Virus record (IMG/VR): IMGVR_UViG_2518285550_000001
Location: 4,277 to 68,276 of that record
Origin: a virus
Lineage: Duplodnaviria; Caudoviricetes
Length of the DNA stretch: 64,000 nt
Strand: one strand, 5' to 3'
Part shown: in pieces, positions 62,838 through 64,000 of the stretch
How the letters are laid out: the number at the start of each line of letters is the position of its first letter
How positions within the stretch are numbered: position 1 is the stretch's first letter
Position numbers and translations under genes: made by a program
The notes under the pieces: model-generated
The model's database searches: none
Told to the model about the DNA's origin: nothing
What the model saw: only the letters and a program-made list of their open reading frames with translations

Positions 62838-64000
62838 CGTGGCAACGGCACGCGGACCGGCTGGCCGACGCTCTGACCCGCGCCGGGGCCCTGGCCCCTG
62901 ACTGGCGGGAGGCGTTCGCCCAGACCCCCCGGCACGTCTTCGTCCCCCACTACTTCGCCGACGAGGACAACAGCCGGGTCGACGCGGACACCACGGCCGG
63001 GCTCGCCGCGGTGTACGCCGACGAGTCGCTGATCACGCAGGTCGCCCCGCACCCCGCGGGCGGCTTCACAGTCCCCACCAGCTCATCGACGCGGCCGAGC
63101 CTGATGGCGCGGATGCTGGACATGCTCGATGTCACCAGCACCACGACGGTCCTGGAGATCGGCACCGGCACCGGCTACAACACCGCCCTGCTGTGCCACC
63201 GTCTCGGCGACCGGCAGGTGACCAGCGTCGACATCGATCCCCTGCTGGTCGAGACCGCACGCACACGACTGGCCGCCCTCGACTATCACCCGCACCTGGC
63301 CGCAGGAGACGGCGCAGGCGGCGTACCCGCCCGCGCCCCGTTCGACAGGATCATCGCCACCGCGGCGGTCACCGCCATCCCCCCAGCGTGGATCACCCAA
63401 CTCACCGCCGGCGGCAGGATCGTGGCCGACATCCGCGGCGACCTGGCCTCCGCGCTGGTCGTCGCCGACAAGACCAGCGCCCACCAAGTACACGGCCGAT
63501 TCCACGACACACCCGGGCACTTCATGTGGCTACGCGCCCGCGCCGAACACCCCCTGCGCAACGGCACCGACCCGGCCACCGTGTTCGACTTCACCGACCC
63601 GGAACACGCCACCACCACCATCCCCATCGACGTGTTTGCCGACCGCAGCTTCCGGTTCCTACTCCAGGCCGCCCTACCCGACCTTGGACCCATCAGCGGA
63701 CCAGACGGCGGCGGCGTGTTCCTCCACGCCGAGGACTGCTCCTGGATTCAGCTGCGGCCCGGCCGGGACACCGCCACCGTCACCTACGGCGGCCCCCGAG
63801 CGCTGTGGCCCACCGTCAACGACACCTGGCACCGCTGGCACCGCTGGCACCGCCCCAGCATCGACCGGTACGGCATCACCGCCCACGACGACGGCCGACA
63901 CCACATCTGGCTCGACCACGACCACACCACCGTCGCCACCACCGGAGCATCCTGCGCCCTCACCCTGCCTGACGCCACACGATTGCAGGGCCGGCCCTAG
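62834..64000 (+). CDS. PIMT-like methyltransferase of the graspetide system (aspartimide-forming type)
   Basis: PRHVFVP, SSS..P.LMA.ML, VLEIGTGTGYNTALL, APFDRIIATAAV; extended C-terminal domain; stop at 63998-64000. Confidence 0.92.
   Translation: MTWQRHADRLADALTRAGALAPDWREAFAQTPRHVFVPHYFADEDNSRVDADTTAGLAAVYADESLITQVAPHPAGGFTVPTSSSTRPSLMARMLDMLDVTSTTTVLEIGTGTGYNTALLCHRLGDRQVTSVDIDPLLVETARTRLAALDYHPHLAAGDGAGGVPARAPFDRIIATAAVTAIPPAWITQLTAGGRIVADIRGDLASALVVADKTSAHQVHGRFHDTPGHFMWLRARAEHPLRNGTDPATVFDFTDPEHATTTIPIDVFADRSFRFLLQAALPDLGPISGPDGGGVFLHAEDCSWIQLRPGRDTATVTYGGPRALWPTVNDTWHRWHRWHRPSIDRYGITAHDDGRHHIWLDHDHTTVATTGASCALTLPDATRLQGRP

Overview
GC-rich actinobacterial DNA, probably from the Micromonosporaceae (inferred from the DnaN, SSB and WhiB sequences). 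The whole window reads as mobile DNA. 1-15.2 kb: phage early, recombination and replication genes (PD-(D/E)XK exonuclease, Gp3/RDF-like protein, DnaQ, WhiB, DnaN clamp, SSB, an initiator carrying six palindromic iterons, DnaB), with several deletion remnants (RusA, Dam, HNH). 15.2-38 kb: an apparently intact siphovirus morphogenesis and lysis module, including a canonical -1 frameshift in the tail chaperone, followed by a DNA methyltransferase. 38-41.2 kb: two self-regulated moron-like cassettes framed by interleaved direct repeats. 41.3-49.3 kb: an actinomycete-type conjugation operon (TraB/FtsK translocase, Spd-like membrane proteins, a membrane-anchored GIY-YIG-like protein) with a dense TGACG/CGTCA motif field that may be the cis-acting transfer locus. 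49.4-61.1 kb: regulators, an XRE-Nudix-like fusion, a long leftward operon of small genes (with a NUDT9-like hydrolase and a PnuC-like protein), a second iteron-bearing Rep, an XRE/PIN toxin-antitoxin pair and two lipoproteins with near-identical signal peptides. 61.6-64 kb: a complete graspetide/graspimiditide RiPP cluster (precursor, ATP-grasp ligase, PIMT-like methyltransferase). Best overall reading: a conjugative, possibly dual-replicon phage-plasmid/ICE hybrid that carries a RiPP cluster. No integrase, att site or par genes are visible, so element boundaries and the integrated versus episomal state cannot be determined. All calls come from motif recognition by eye; no database search was run.
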